The notes under the pieces are model-generated. The model did not search any database. It worked only from the letters and a program-made list of their open reading frames with translations, and was not told the origin of the DNA. This document shows positions 29,701-37,725 of a stretch of DNA of 64,000 nt, piece after piece; within the stretch, counting starts at the first letter, position 1; the number at the start of each line of letters is the position of its first letter. The position numbers and the translations under genes were made by a program. The stretch lies in NCBI GenBank assembly GCA_048882325.1, contig JBHLRS010000001.1, forward strand, positions 64,001 to 128,000, read 5' to 3'. The DNA is from Candidatus Thorarchaeota archaeon. GTDB taxonomy: Archaea; Asgardarchaeota; Thorarchaeia; Thorarchaeales; Thorarchaeaceae.

Positions 29701-31095
29701 TCACAGTCTGGTGGATGCTGTTGTTGTTATCCGATCCAACCTCCCAGTCAGTGCAGACCAGAACAATAGATAGCTTACCACAACCCAACCGTAGCCATAG
29801 TCAATTCCTGCAAGTCCAATCACAATTGGAGGCAATCTGATGACGAAGAAGAGGATTATTGCAATAGCTACTCCCAAGGGTTTTAGACTACCAGAAGCAC
29901 CACTTTTTCTCATACGCCTCCAAACTCCGAGGAATATCACGGAAGGCAACAACATAATCCCAATGGTCGGGAGAATGATGTATAGGAGATCCAGGAACGC
30001 TTGGCCAATACTTGTTGGATAAGCTTGACCGATAAGTAATGAGATCGGTGCATAGACAATCATAGGTCCTAATGCCGCACTCCTCCACCCAGCAGCATAA
30101 ATGGCTCCCACTGAGAGGAATGTCAATGCGTATCCAGTAAGGATGAATTCTATGTAAATCCCAAGTGGATCCGGAAACATCGAGAGGTTCTGAAGCATCC
30201 CCGTCATCTGTCCAATTCCTAACATAAAGAACGCAATCATGAACATGAGCGTAGGAATCTGCTTTGTTTCAGCCCACCTACCAAAGAGATATGATGCTGT
30301 TCCTATTGACAGGAGAATTGCTACTGCTCCCATCGATGTGATGCTCAAGAGGAAGAAGTCTGATGTGAACCCTGCTGATTGGATACTGACAAGAATAAGC
30401 ACTGGAAATGCAAAAGAGGCTCCATAACCAACCAGTTCAAAAGTGATTTTCTGGTCCGGTCGCAAGAATGTGAAGACAACCATTGCGGGACCCATTAGTG
30501 CTATGAATAAGGTTACTAATGACTCAGGTCCAATGAGCAAGTCGAAGTAAAGTACCGGAAGACCAGCTATTTGGGCAATGAGTGCAAAGGCGAGAGATGC
30601 ACTTGTTCCACGCTTGGTCTCTCGTGTTATGTAGACAAACAATCCTCCCACAACAATGAGAATTACTGATGGAAATAGAACTCCTATCAGTAGTAGGAAA
30701 TCCCCTGTCTGCGGATACATTTCTGCGAGTGCAAACAGCAAAACCGAAACAAGTCCAGTTGATGCTGGAATGGAATAGAATTGTCTTGCATTCAGAATCA
30801 TCGCTGCGGCTACACCTAACAAAACCACCTCTACAGCTGATGCAGCGTAAAAGGCATAATAGGTGTCAACCAAGATGGCTTGTCCAATTGTTTCTTCGAT
30901 GAATGTTGCCATTGCACCAAGGCTAAGGACAACAAAACCGACTGCGACAACGTATAGTGGTCGAAAAGCTTTTCGAGACTCTGAATCCATTCCAGCAGAT
31001 TTGGATCTGCTGTACATGATAATGGTCAGAGCAGCCACTAAAGTTGCCAATCCAAGATAGAGTTGAGTTGTTTCATATATTCCCATAGCTAACAC
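29701..31095 (-). CDS. ~15-TM membrane protein, apparently two tandem 7TM units
   Basis: 15 hydrophobic segments counted by eye; basic loops after TM1/TM5 and TM9/TM13; no soluble output domain. Confidence 0.65.
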   Translation of the reverse strand: MLAMGIYETTQLYLGLATLVAALTIIMYSRSKSAGMDSESRKAFRPLYVVAVGFVVLSLGAMATFIEETIGQAILVDTYYAFYAASAVEVVLLGVAAAMILNARQFYSIPASTGLVSVLLFALAEMYPQTGDFLLLIGVLFPSVILIVVGGLFVYITRETKRGTSASLAFALIAQIAGLPVLYFDLLIGPESLVTLFIALMGPAMVVFTFLRPDQKITFELVGYGASFAFPVLILVSIQSAGFTSDFFLLSITSMGAVAILLSIGTASYLFGRWAETKQIPTLMFMIAFFMLGIGQMTGMLQNLSMFPDPLGIYIEFILTGYALTFLSVGAIYAAGWRSAALGPMIVYAPISLLIGQAYPTSIGQAFLDLLYIILPTIGIMLLPSVIFLGVWRRMRKSGASGSLKPLGVAIAIILFFVIRLPPIVIGLAGIDYGYGWVVVSYLLFWSALTGRLDRITTTASTRL

Positions 31096-31098
31096 ATC

Positions 31099-31542
31099 CT
31101 AAAACACAGTTTTTCCCCAGTCGCTAGCGGATTTCTTAGCCTTTTCAACCTGCGACTCGGTCCATTCCTTCACACTCTCAGTTACCTCTGCAGAAGCTTC
31201 CTTATCATCCGAGAATAGCTCTCTCATCAAGGCGAGAGTACCATCATCGAACTGCCCACCATTCTCTTGAATCAGTTTGACTACTTCCTGGTTTGCAGCT
31301 AATGCGCTTGCCTCATTGGCTTCATGGAGTGTGACGATATGGTATTCATCGGAATTGCCAATCAGCAGTTTCATGTCTCCAAAGCGGAGTTCTTCCACTC
31401 TTGTGCCACCAGCGATCTTCTTGATGAACATCTGCACAGCTGACACAAAACCTCCAAACAGGGTGACGTCACCCTCTAGGTGTTCCCACCCAACCGATGC
31501 AACGGTTTCCCCTGCTTGGTTCACCAACATAATGCCGTACAT
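31099..31542 (-). CDS. Longin-like domain protein
   Basis: IMLVNQAG...D.TLFGGFVSAVQMF..KI.G...EELRFGDMKL pattern typical of Asgard longin-like domains. Confidence 0.65.
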   Translation of the reverse strand: MYGIMLVNQAGETVASVGWEHLEGDVTLFGGFVSAVQMFIKKIAGGTRVEELRFGDMKLLIGNSDEYHIVTLHEANEASALAANQEVVKLIQENGGQFDDGTLALMRELFSDDKEASAEVTESVKEWTESQVEKAKKSASDWGKTVF

Positions 31543-31590
31543 TTCGTTTTTCTCCGATTGATAGCTAACTGTGTTATCATGATCAAGTTG

Positions 31591-31860
31591 TTACAATGAA
31601 CTGAACCAGTCCTCCGTCTTCTCGATGGCATCCTTTTTGCCATCATCTTCCCCTGAAGTTCCCAAAGCAGCTTCAACGTCCCTGATTTTGAATTGACCAT
31701 CCACGAACAAGACAAGTGTATGATTTTTCGAGCAGCTCGTCGTGACCATTGCAGGCAAACGTTTAGCTTTCTTTATCGAATCTTCATCAACATCAACTTT
31801 TACTAGAGTTCCGTCTTTGCATTCTGGACATGTGAATGGACTCAATGACACTTTCGCCAT
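31591..31860 (-). CDS. Small Zn-ribbon protein (CxxC...CxxxH, VD.QF.IR)
   Basis: CPEC and CSKNH, LFVDGQFKIR; starts 3 nt after the GTPase stop. Confidence 0.65.
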   Translation of the reverse strand: MAKVSLSPFTCPECKDGTLVKVDVDEDSIKKAKRLPAMVTTSCSKNHTLVLFVDGQFKIRDVEAALGTSGEDDGKKDAIEKTEDWFSSL

Positions 31861-31863
31861 TTT

Positions 31864-32400
31864 TTACACCCCTTCTAGATGCTCTTTGATTAGTCCCTGA
31901 GCAATGAGATCAAACATATCTGAAATTCCCTCACCCGTTTTTGCTGAAACCTCTACACAATGAGCACCATAATTCTGTGCGAACACTACTCCGTCCTCGT
32001 ATGACACACCAGAACCATTCTCTCGTTCATCAGTTTTGTTTCCGACAAGGAGAATCTTGCTATCTGGGGCACTCTCTTTGAGCCGATCAATCCAATCTGT
32101 TAGTCGACCTAAGGAATATGACCGATTGACATCATAGACTGCAATGGCATACTTTGATCCCCTGAAATAATCTGACACGACATCACGAAACCGTGGCTGT
32201 CCTCCAAGATCCCAAATCATTAGGGTTAGAGTAGAGCCATTTGACTCGATTTTCTTTGATGCGAAATTTGCACCTATGGTGAGTCTCATGTTATCATCAA
32301 AACGGTCTTCCGTATATCGGAGGGTAATGCTGGTTTTACCAACGCCGCCCTCACCGATTATCACCGTTTTGAAGACTGGAGCTCTAGTTGTGTTAATCAT
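31864..32400 (-). CDS. Rab-like small GTPase
   Basis: G1 GEGGVGKT, G2 TIGANF, G3 WDLGGQ, G4 NKTD, G5 SAK; RabF-like RFRDV, YFRGS, VYDV; ATG overlaps the upstream stop (ATGATTAA). Confidence 0.93.
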   Translation of the reverse strand: MINTTRAPVFKTVIIGEGGVGKTSITLRYTEDRFDDNMRLTIGANFASKKIESNGSTLTLMIWDLGGQPRFRDVVSDYFRGSKYAIAVYDVNRSYSLGRLTDWIDRLKESAPDSKILLVGNKTDERENGSGVSYEDGVVFAQNYGAHCVEVSAKTGEGISDMFDLIAQGLIKEHLEGV

Positions 32401-33214
32401 TGGCTTTACCTCTGGTTTCTTTTCCTTCGACAGTGTTGACAGACCAAAGAATCTCCCCTCCAGAACGAAGTAGGATTCTTTTGGCATCTCTGTATCTTTC
32501 AATGAATTCATCATTGTCAGATAGCAAAACATGAGCAAGTCTCTCAAGCAATACTGAGAATGACACACTATCTATTGCTGATGCGTTCATTTGGTTCACG
32601 AGTTTTTCGAGGGCATTGAATAGTACCATGTCTTGTTCCAGAATCAGATTAGTCAGTTCTTTACAGTCCTCTTCCGAAGGCTCAATTCCCCAACCATTCT
32701 GTAAGAAATCAATACAGGGATATGGGCTATCAGTGGAGAATTTTGGTCGATGGTAGATGAAGAACCGAGCTACTGATCGAAACTGCAACCCTCTTGTCCT
32801 CTTCTTCCTGCCATCATCGTCAAACTCTGATGGGGGATCTTGTTCAACGAGATCCTGTTCTTCCAACTTCTGGAGATGATAATAACACTGATGACTAGTG
32901 ATTTTGAGCTCTGGGTACTTGTTTTCAAGTTCCTCAACAATTTCCGGGACTGTCAACCAATATCTTTGGATTGGTCTCCTCACCTCTACCGAATGAGTGA
33001 GTCCAGTACCATCGTCAAGTGTCTGTACCTCTGTTGTGACCTCAGTTTCAAAATCATTAATTCCGGCAGAGAGGACCCGAATGATGTGCTTACGAATTGG
33101 ATGGTGGAGTGATTCCTTCTGCTCATCATGTTCAATCAGAAGCAGCGTTCTTGGACTGCTTTCTGCTTGACTGATAAGAGTTGTTTCATCCACATTAATT
33201 CCCACGGTTATCAC
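32393..33214 (-). CDS. ArsR-like winged-helix protein with insertion
   Basis: HPIRKHIIRVL...LTVPEI...YYHLQKLEEQDLVE. Confidence 0.7.
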   Translation of the reverse strand: MITVGINVDETTLISQAESSPRTLLLIEHDEQKESLHHPIRKHIIRVLSAGINDFETEVTTEVQTLDDGTGLTHSVEVRRPIQRYWLTVPEIVEELENKYPELKITSHQCYYHLQKLEEQDLVEQDPPSEFDDDGRKKRTRGLQFRSVARFFIYHRPKFSTDSPYPCIDFLQNGWGIEPSEEDCKELTNLILEQDMVLFNALEKLVNQMNASAIDSVSFSVLLERLAHVLLSDNDEFIERYRDAKRILLRSGGEILWSVNTVEGKETRGKAND

Positions 33215-33225
33215 TTCATTCTGTC

Positions 33226-33265
33226 AACACTTGCTGTCAAGTGTTATTGTAACGAGTTGCAATAA
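33226..33265. promoter_or_regulatory. Two abutting inverted repeats in the divergent promoter region
   Basis: AACACTTG-CTGT-CAAGTGTT (33226-33245) and TTATTGTAAC-GA-GTTGCAATAA (33244-33265). Confidence 0.45.
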
Positions 33266-33382
33266 AAAAATAACAGTATTTAAATCTATTTCATTAGTAA
33301 GAATAATTAATATAGTAAATCACAATAACCAAATCTTTTAAGTTTGGACAAATACACGTTATAATCAGAGAGGAGAACTTCC

Positions 33383-35227
33383 TTGGATAGTAAACTTGCA
33401 GCGCTCCCAGAATTTCCTGACACACAAAGGAGGGACTTCATGGTTCTTGAAACTCCCGATCAAAAGGAGTCTCTCTACCACGCACTAAGACTCGAGATTC
33501 TCCGGGCACTGAGTACTGGTGTTGAGGATTTTGAAACAGAAGTGAGGAAGAATGAGAAAGAACTTGATGATGGGACTTTGATCTTGGAAGAGGTAACAAT
33601 TCGAAAGCCATCCCAAAGATATTGGATGAGTGTTCATGAGGTTCTTGAGGCTATCGCAAAAACCAAACCAGATCTCAAAATCTCTAACTACAACTGTTAC
33701 TATCATCTCAGGAAATTACGAAACCAGGGATTGGTTGAGCAGTATCCTCCTCCCAAACGAGGTAGAAAGGGAGATAGAAAAAGAGTCCGCGGGATGTTCT
33801 TTAGAACAACAGCGAGGTTCTTCGTACCAACCACCTTTGAGATATCTCCTGATTTAGCGGAGCAAGATGTCCTACCTCCTGAAGTGACGGAGAAAGCCGT
33901 TCAACTCGCACAAAAGGTCAAAGAAACCGGGAGGGCTGATGCCTACGAATATCAGATAAAGATTGGAAGGACTACGTATTGGTTTTCAGTCACAATGAGT
34001 CTTCATGATGATGGTGAAAGTATTGTTTCAGTAGTCCGAGACATAACGAAACAGAGGAATACCCAAGAGGCATTAAGACAAAGTCAGGAACGACTTGATC
34101 TTGCACTCAAGGGTGCTGATCTCGCGCCTTGGGACTGGTTGCATACAGCTAAACGAATGACGTTCAGTGATCGGTATGCTGAAATGTTGGGATTTAGTCT
34201 TAACGAATTGAAGGTGTATGCTGATAAGTGGGAGGAATTAATTCATCCTGATGATCTGGAAACAGTGCTACAGAAGTGGGATGATCATCTGGAGAGAAGA
34301 ACACCATCTTACTCCTCTGAACATCGAATGATGACTAAACACGGACATTACATCTGGGTTTTAGATAGAGGTAGAGTTGTCGAAAGAGATGAAGATGGCA
34401 ATCCTGTCAGGTCTGCTGGAACAATGCTTGATGTCACTCATGAGAAAGTTGTACTTCAAGCCCTGGATCAAAGCGAGGAACGATATCGAAGGCTTGTAAA
34501 TGATTCCAATCAAGGTATAGCCATATTCGTTGCAGGCAATCTTGTCTTTGCCAACACTGCATACACAGAAACAGTTGGTAGACCTCTGAGGGATTTACTT
34601 GAGATGACTCCTGAGAGTATTTGGAATATTGTACATCCAGATGATAGACCAGAGTTGGAACGAAGGAATGAAGAGATCGTTTCTGGAGCAAAATCGCTTC
34701 CACATTACAGATTCAGATACATACGCCCTAATGGCGAGGAGCGATGGGTAGACTCCTATGCCAAAGTCGTTGATCATGATGGCCGAAGAGCCTTACAGGT
34801 TCTTGAGGTTGATGTCACTGAGCAATACAAGGCAGAGAATGAATTGCGAGAGAGTGAGCGACGTTTCAAAAGCGTCTTCGAGCTGTCACCTATCGGTATC
34901 ATTCTATTAGATCAACAAGGAAAAATCATTCAGCTCAACCAGGCGGCTAAGGATATCTTGGGCGTGTCTGATCCTAAGGATTATGAGAATTATAGCTTGG
35001 AGGCAGACCAGAATATTCCTCCAACAGTTTTGATCGATATACGAGAGGGCGATGTAAACAGGTTTGAAGTCGATTATGATCTACAAAAAGCAGGTCTCAA
35101 GTCAAAGAGGAGAGAACCAATTAGATTACAAGTTATCGGGATTGCATTGAATGTATCAGATGATGGGACTGTCAATACATATCTCGCGCAGATTTTGGAT
35201 GTTGGCAAAACCGAGAATCAGAGTTAG
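33383..35227 (+). CDS. One-component regulator: wHTH plus multiple PAS/PAC domains
   Basis: N-terminus paralogous to 32393..33214; PAS motifs IHPDD, VHPDDR, RDIT/LDVT/VDVT; no kinase or other catalytic domain. Confidence 0.85.
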   Translation: MDSKLAALPEFPDTQRRDFMVLETPDQKESLYHALRLEILRALSTGVEDFETEVRKNEKELDDGTLILEEVTIRKPSQRYWMSVHEVLEAIAKTKPDLKISNYNCYYHLRKLRNQGLVEQYPPPKRGRKGDRKRVRGMFFRTTARFFVPTTFEISPDLAEQDVLPPEVTEKAVQLAQKVKETGRADAYEYQIKIGRTTYWFSVTMSLHDDGESIVSVVRDITKQRNTQEALRQSQERLDLALKGADLAPWDWLHTAKRMTFSDRYAEMLGFSLNELKVYADKWEELIHPDDLETVLQKWDDHLERRTPSYSSEHRMMTKHGHYIWVLDRGRVVERDEDGNPVRSAGTMLDVTHEKVVLQALDQSEERYRRLVNDSNQGIAIFVAGNLVFANTAYTETVGRPLRDLLEMTPESIWNIVHPDDRPELERRNEEIVSGAKSLPHYRFRYIRPNGEERWVDSYAKVVDHDGRRALQVLEVDVTEQYKAENELRESERRFKSVFELSPIGIILLDQQGKIIQLNQAAKDILGVSDPKDYENYSLEADQNIPPTVLIDIREGDVNRFEVDYDLQKAGLKSKRREPIRLQVIGIALNVSDDGTVNTYLAQILDVGKTENQS

Positions 35228-35231
35228 ATAT

Positions 35232-35756
35232 TCACACTATGTATAGATAGATTGATTCATCCTCATTAGTCTTTACTGGTTCCCATCCCTCAAGGATGAA
35301 CCGGTATGATACAACACGAGTTCCTGTTCTTAGTTCTCCTGCAAGTTTCTCTCTTATCTTCTTGTTAATCTCATGCCCTTGATACAATGTGACCACAGTT
35401 GCATCCTCAAGACTCACCTTGAAGAAATTGGCTCTTAGAACTTTCACTTTTTCGCTTAGACCATGACGTCGTATTGAAAAGCGTGACCAGAACAGACGAA
35501 CAGGATCAATTTCGATTCCAATTGACTTTGCACCAAACTCCATAGCCGCCATGACAATTATTCGCCCATCTCCTGAGCCAAGGTCATACAATAAATCGTC
35601 CTGACCTACCTCAGCAATCTCAAGCATGGCTCTGACTTTCTTTTTTGGGGTTGGTACCCAAGGCGCACCAATTACACCTGACCATGCAATCCAGATAACA
35701 AATACAATGAGAATGAGCTCAATTCCGAGGATGAAGAGAACTTGTTCAAATGTCAT
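35232..35756 (-). CDS. Class I SAM-dependent methyltransferase with N-terminal TM (FAM173/aKMT-like)
   Basis: APWVPTP, YDLGSGDGRI, GIEID, RVVSYRF. Confidence 0.85.
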   Translation of the reverse strand: MTFEQVLFILGIELILIVFVIWIAWSGVIGAPWVPTPKKKVRAMLEIAEVGQDDLLYDLGSGDGRIIVMAAMEFGAKSIGIEIDPVRLFWSRFSIRRHGLSEKVKVLRANFFKVSLEDATVVTLYQGHEINKKIREKLAGELRTGTRVVSYRFILEGWEPVKTNEDESIYLYIV

Positions 35757-35904
35757 TTCCAAACACATCTCGTCGGGACAGAGTAGTACTTCTTTCTTCC
35801 GTAGGATGGATTACTTGATAGATTCTGTATGGTTCCCTAAGTTACATGAATGATGTTCAATGCGAGTGAAAGGTTGCCAAAATACTCTCCATTCACTCTT
35901 CATT

Positions 35905-37716
35905 CTACTGAATCCTGTGCCTTTTTCTGAACCGGTCAATAGCGTCATGTCCCAATCTGCCAACAGCCTTGTCCATATTGTCCTTCCTTATTCTGACCAT
36001 TGATGGACGCCCATGACAACATGTATACGTACCCTGGGTTTTGGAGAACTCTTCTATAAGATTACGAATTTCTTCAACACTCATTGTCTGACCAGATCTG
36101 ATTGCTGAATGACAGGCTGTGAGTTTCACAAGCTCATCCATAAATGAGTCTCGCGCTTCATCGATTCCAATTGTCACAATTTGATCTATGAGTGAGATGA
36201 GTTCGATCTCCGAGGCCATTCGCCCAAAGATTTCAGGCACAGCGGCAACCGAAACCTCATTGCCACCAAAACTCGAGAACGAAAAACCGAGGTCCTCAAG
36301 AGTGTCAACAAGTTCAAGAATCCGCTCCGTGTCGTTAGGACTCAAGCTTAATACAAACGGCTCTAGTAGTTCTTGAATCGCTACTCTGTTTTCATTGACT
36401 TCTCTTCTCAGCTGTTCATAGAGCACTCTCTCATGAGCTGCGTGCTGGTCTATGATTAAGAGCCCTTCTTCATATTCAAGAAGGATATAGAGTTGGTGAA
36501 TTTGACCTATGATTCTGAATACACCGCCTAACAGACTTACAGGGTCTTCATCATCACCAATCTGAGTTAGTGGTTCAAGGATGGTCTGTTCTATCAATGG
36601 TACCGTCCTGAGGCTTGTTTCACCAACACCTTTTGACGTGGATGTCTTTGACTCTCCGTTTTGCTTGTTGCTATCATATTGGTCCTCTTCTAAGAACTCT
36701 TCCAATGTCTGGCTCTCATCTTGTGAAACATCCACACCCAATGCATCTCTCACAGCTTTGGTGACTATGGAACTCACTTTTTCAAGATTCAGGATTCTTA
36801 CCTCTCGTTTGGTGGGGTGTACATTAACATCAACATCACCAGCATTCATCGCGATATCAAGTGAGCACACGGGATATTGTCCCTTCATGAGCATTGTTGA
36901 GTATGCTGATTCAACAGCCAGACTCAAACGCTCATCTGCTATCGGTCTCTTCATTACTGCAAAGTATTCGCGAGATCTATTTCCTCTCGACACTGGAGGC
37001 ATCGCAACAAATCCCTCTACCCACACGCCTGCATCTGAATAGTATACCTCGACCAGTCCTTTAGCTACATCGCTACCCCACAGGTAAGTTATCCTGTCAA
37101 TGGAGTTTTGAGTTGGAGGGCAATCGATTACGACTTTCTCATCTCTGGTCAGTCTGAATCCAACATCTGTTCGGATGACTGCATGTTTCATGATGACTTC
37201 CAGAATACGCTGTCCCTCAACCTTTGCACTCGCGAGATGCTTTCGTCTTGCAGGAATCTTCTTGAATAAGTCCTGCACTTCAACCGTAGTTCCGATGGGT
37301 CTGGATGAATCGGTTATTGTGGGGCTTTCTCCAGCTCTCGAAACGATGAGTGTACCTACATCTTCATCTGTAGTCTGAGTGGTTATTCTTAATTCTGCCA
37401 CTGAAGCAATGCTTGCAAGAGCTTCTCCCCTGAACCCGTATGTAGAAATCGCATCAATATCCTTCTTGGTTTCAATTTTACTTGTCGAGTGTCTTGCGAG
37501 ACAAACCTCACAGTCACTTCTTGCGATACCAGACCCATTGTCTGAGACTACTATCTTGTCTATTCCTCCACCTTCAATGATAATGTCAATCATATCTGTT
37601 CCTGCATCTAGTGAGTTTTCAATGAGTTCCTTAACAATCGAAGATGGATTTTCAATTACTTCTCCAGCTGATATAAGCGAAACCAATTCCTCGCTCAGGA
37701 CTTTTATCTTTCCCAC
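35905..37716 (-). CDS. mutL: DNA mismatch repair protein MutL
   Basis: AGEVIE, KELIENSLDAG, GFRGEALASI, DVNVHPTKREV, DQHAAHER, ACH and CHGRP. Confidence 0.97.
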   Translation of the reverse strand: MGKIKVLSEELVSLISAGEVIENPSSIVKELIENSLDAGTDMIDIIIEGGGIDKIVVSDNGSGIARSDCEVCLARHSTSKIETKKDIDAISTYGFRGEALASIASVAELRITTQTTDEDVGTLIVSRAGESPTITDSSRPIGTTVEVQDLFKKIPARRKHLASAKVEGQRILEVIMKHAVIRTDVGFRLTRDEKVVIDCPPTQNSIDRITYLWGSDVAKGLVEVYYSDAGVWVEGFVAMPPVSRGNRSREYFAVMKRPIADERLSLAVESAYSTMLMKGQYPVCSLDIAMNAGDVDVNVHPTKREVRILNLEKVSSIVTKAVRDALGVDVSQDESQTLEEFLEEDQYDSNKQNGESKTSTSKGVGETSLRTVPLIEQTILEPLTQIGDDEDPVSLLGGVFRIIGQIHQLYILLEYEEGLLIIDQHAAHERVLYEQLRREVNENRVAIQELLEPFVLSLSPNDTERILELVDTLEDLGFSFSSFGGNEVSVAAVPEIFGRMASEIELISLIDQIVTIGIDEARDSFMDELVKLTACHSAIRSGQTMSVEEIRNLIEEFSKTQGTYTCCHGRPSMVRIRKDNMDKAVGRLGHDAIDRFRKRHRIQ

Positions 37717-37725
37717 TGCAACACC

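Noticed and set aside
29701-31095. Rhodopsin
   Set aside because: No retinal-binding Lys in the seventh helix of either unit
31864-32568. 234-aa version of the GTPase with an N-terminal extension
   Set aside because: The extension overlaps the upstream wHTH gene; ATG 32400 overlapping its stop gives a normal 178-aa GTPase
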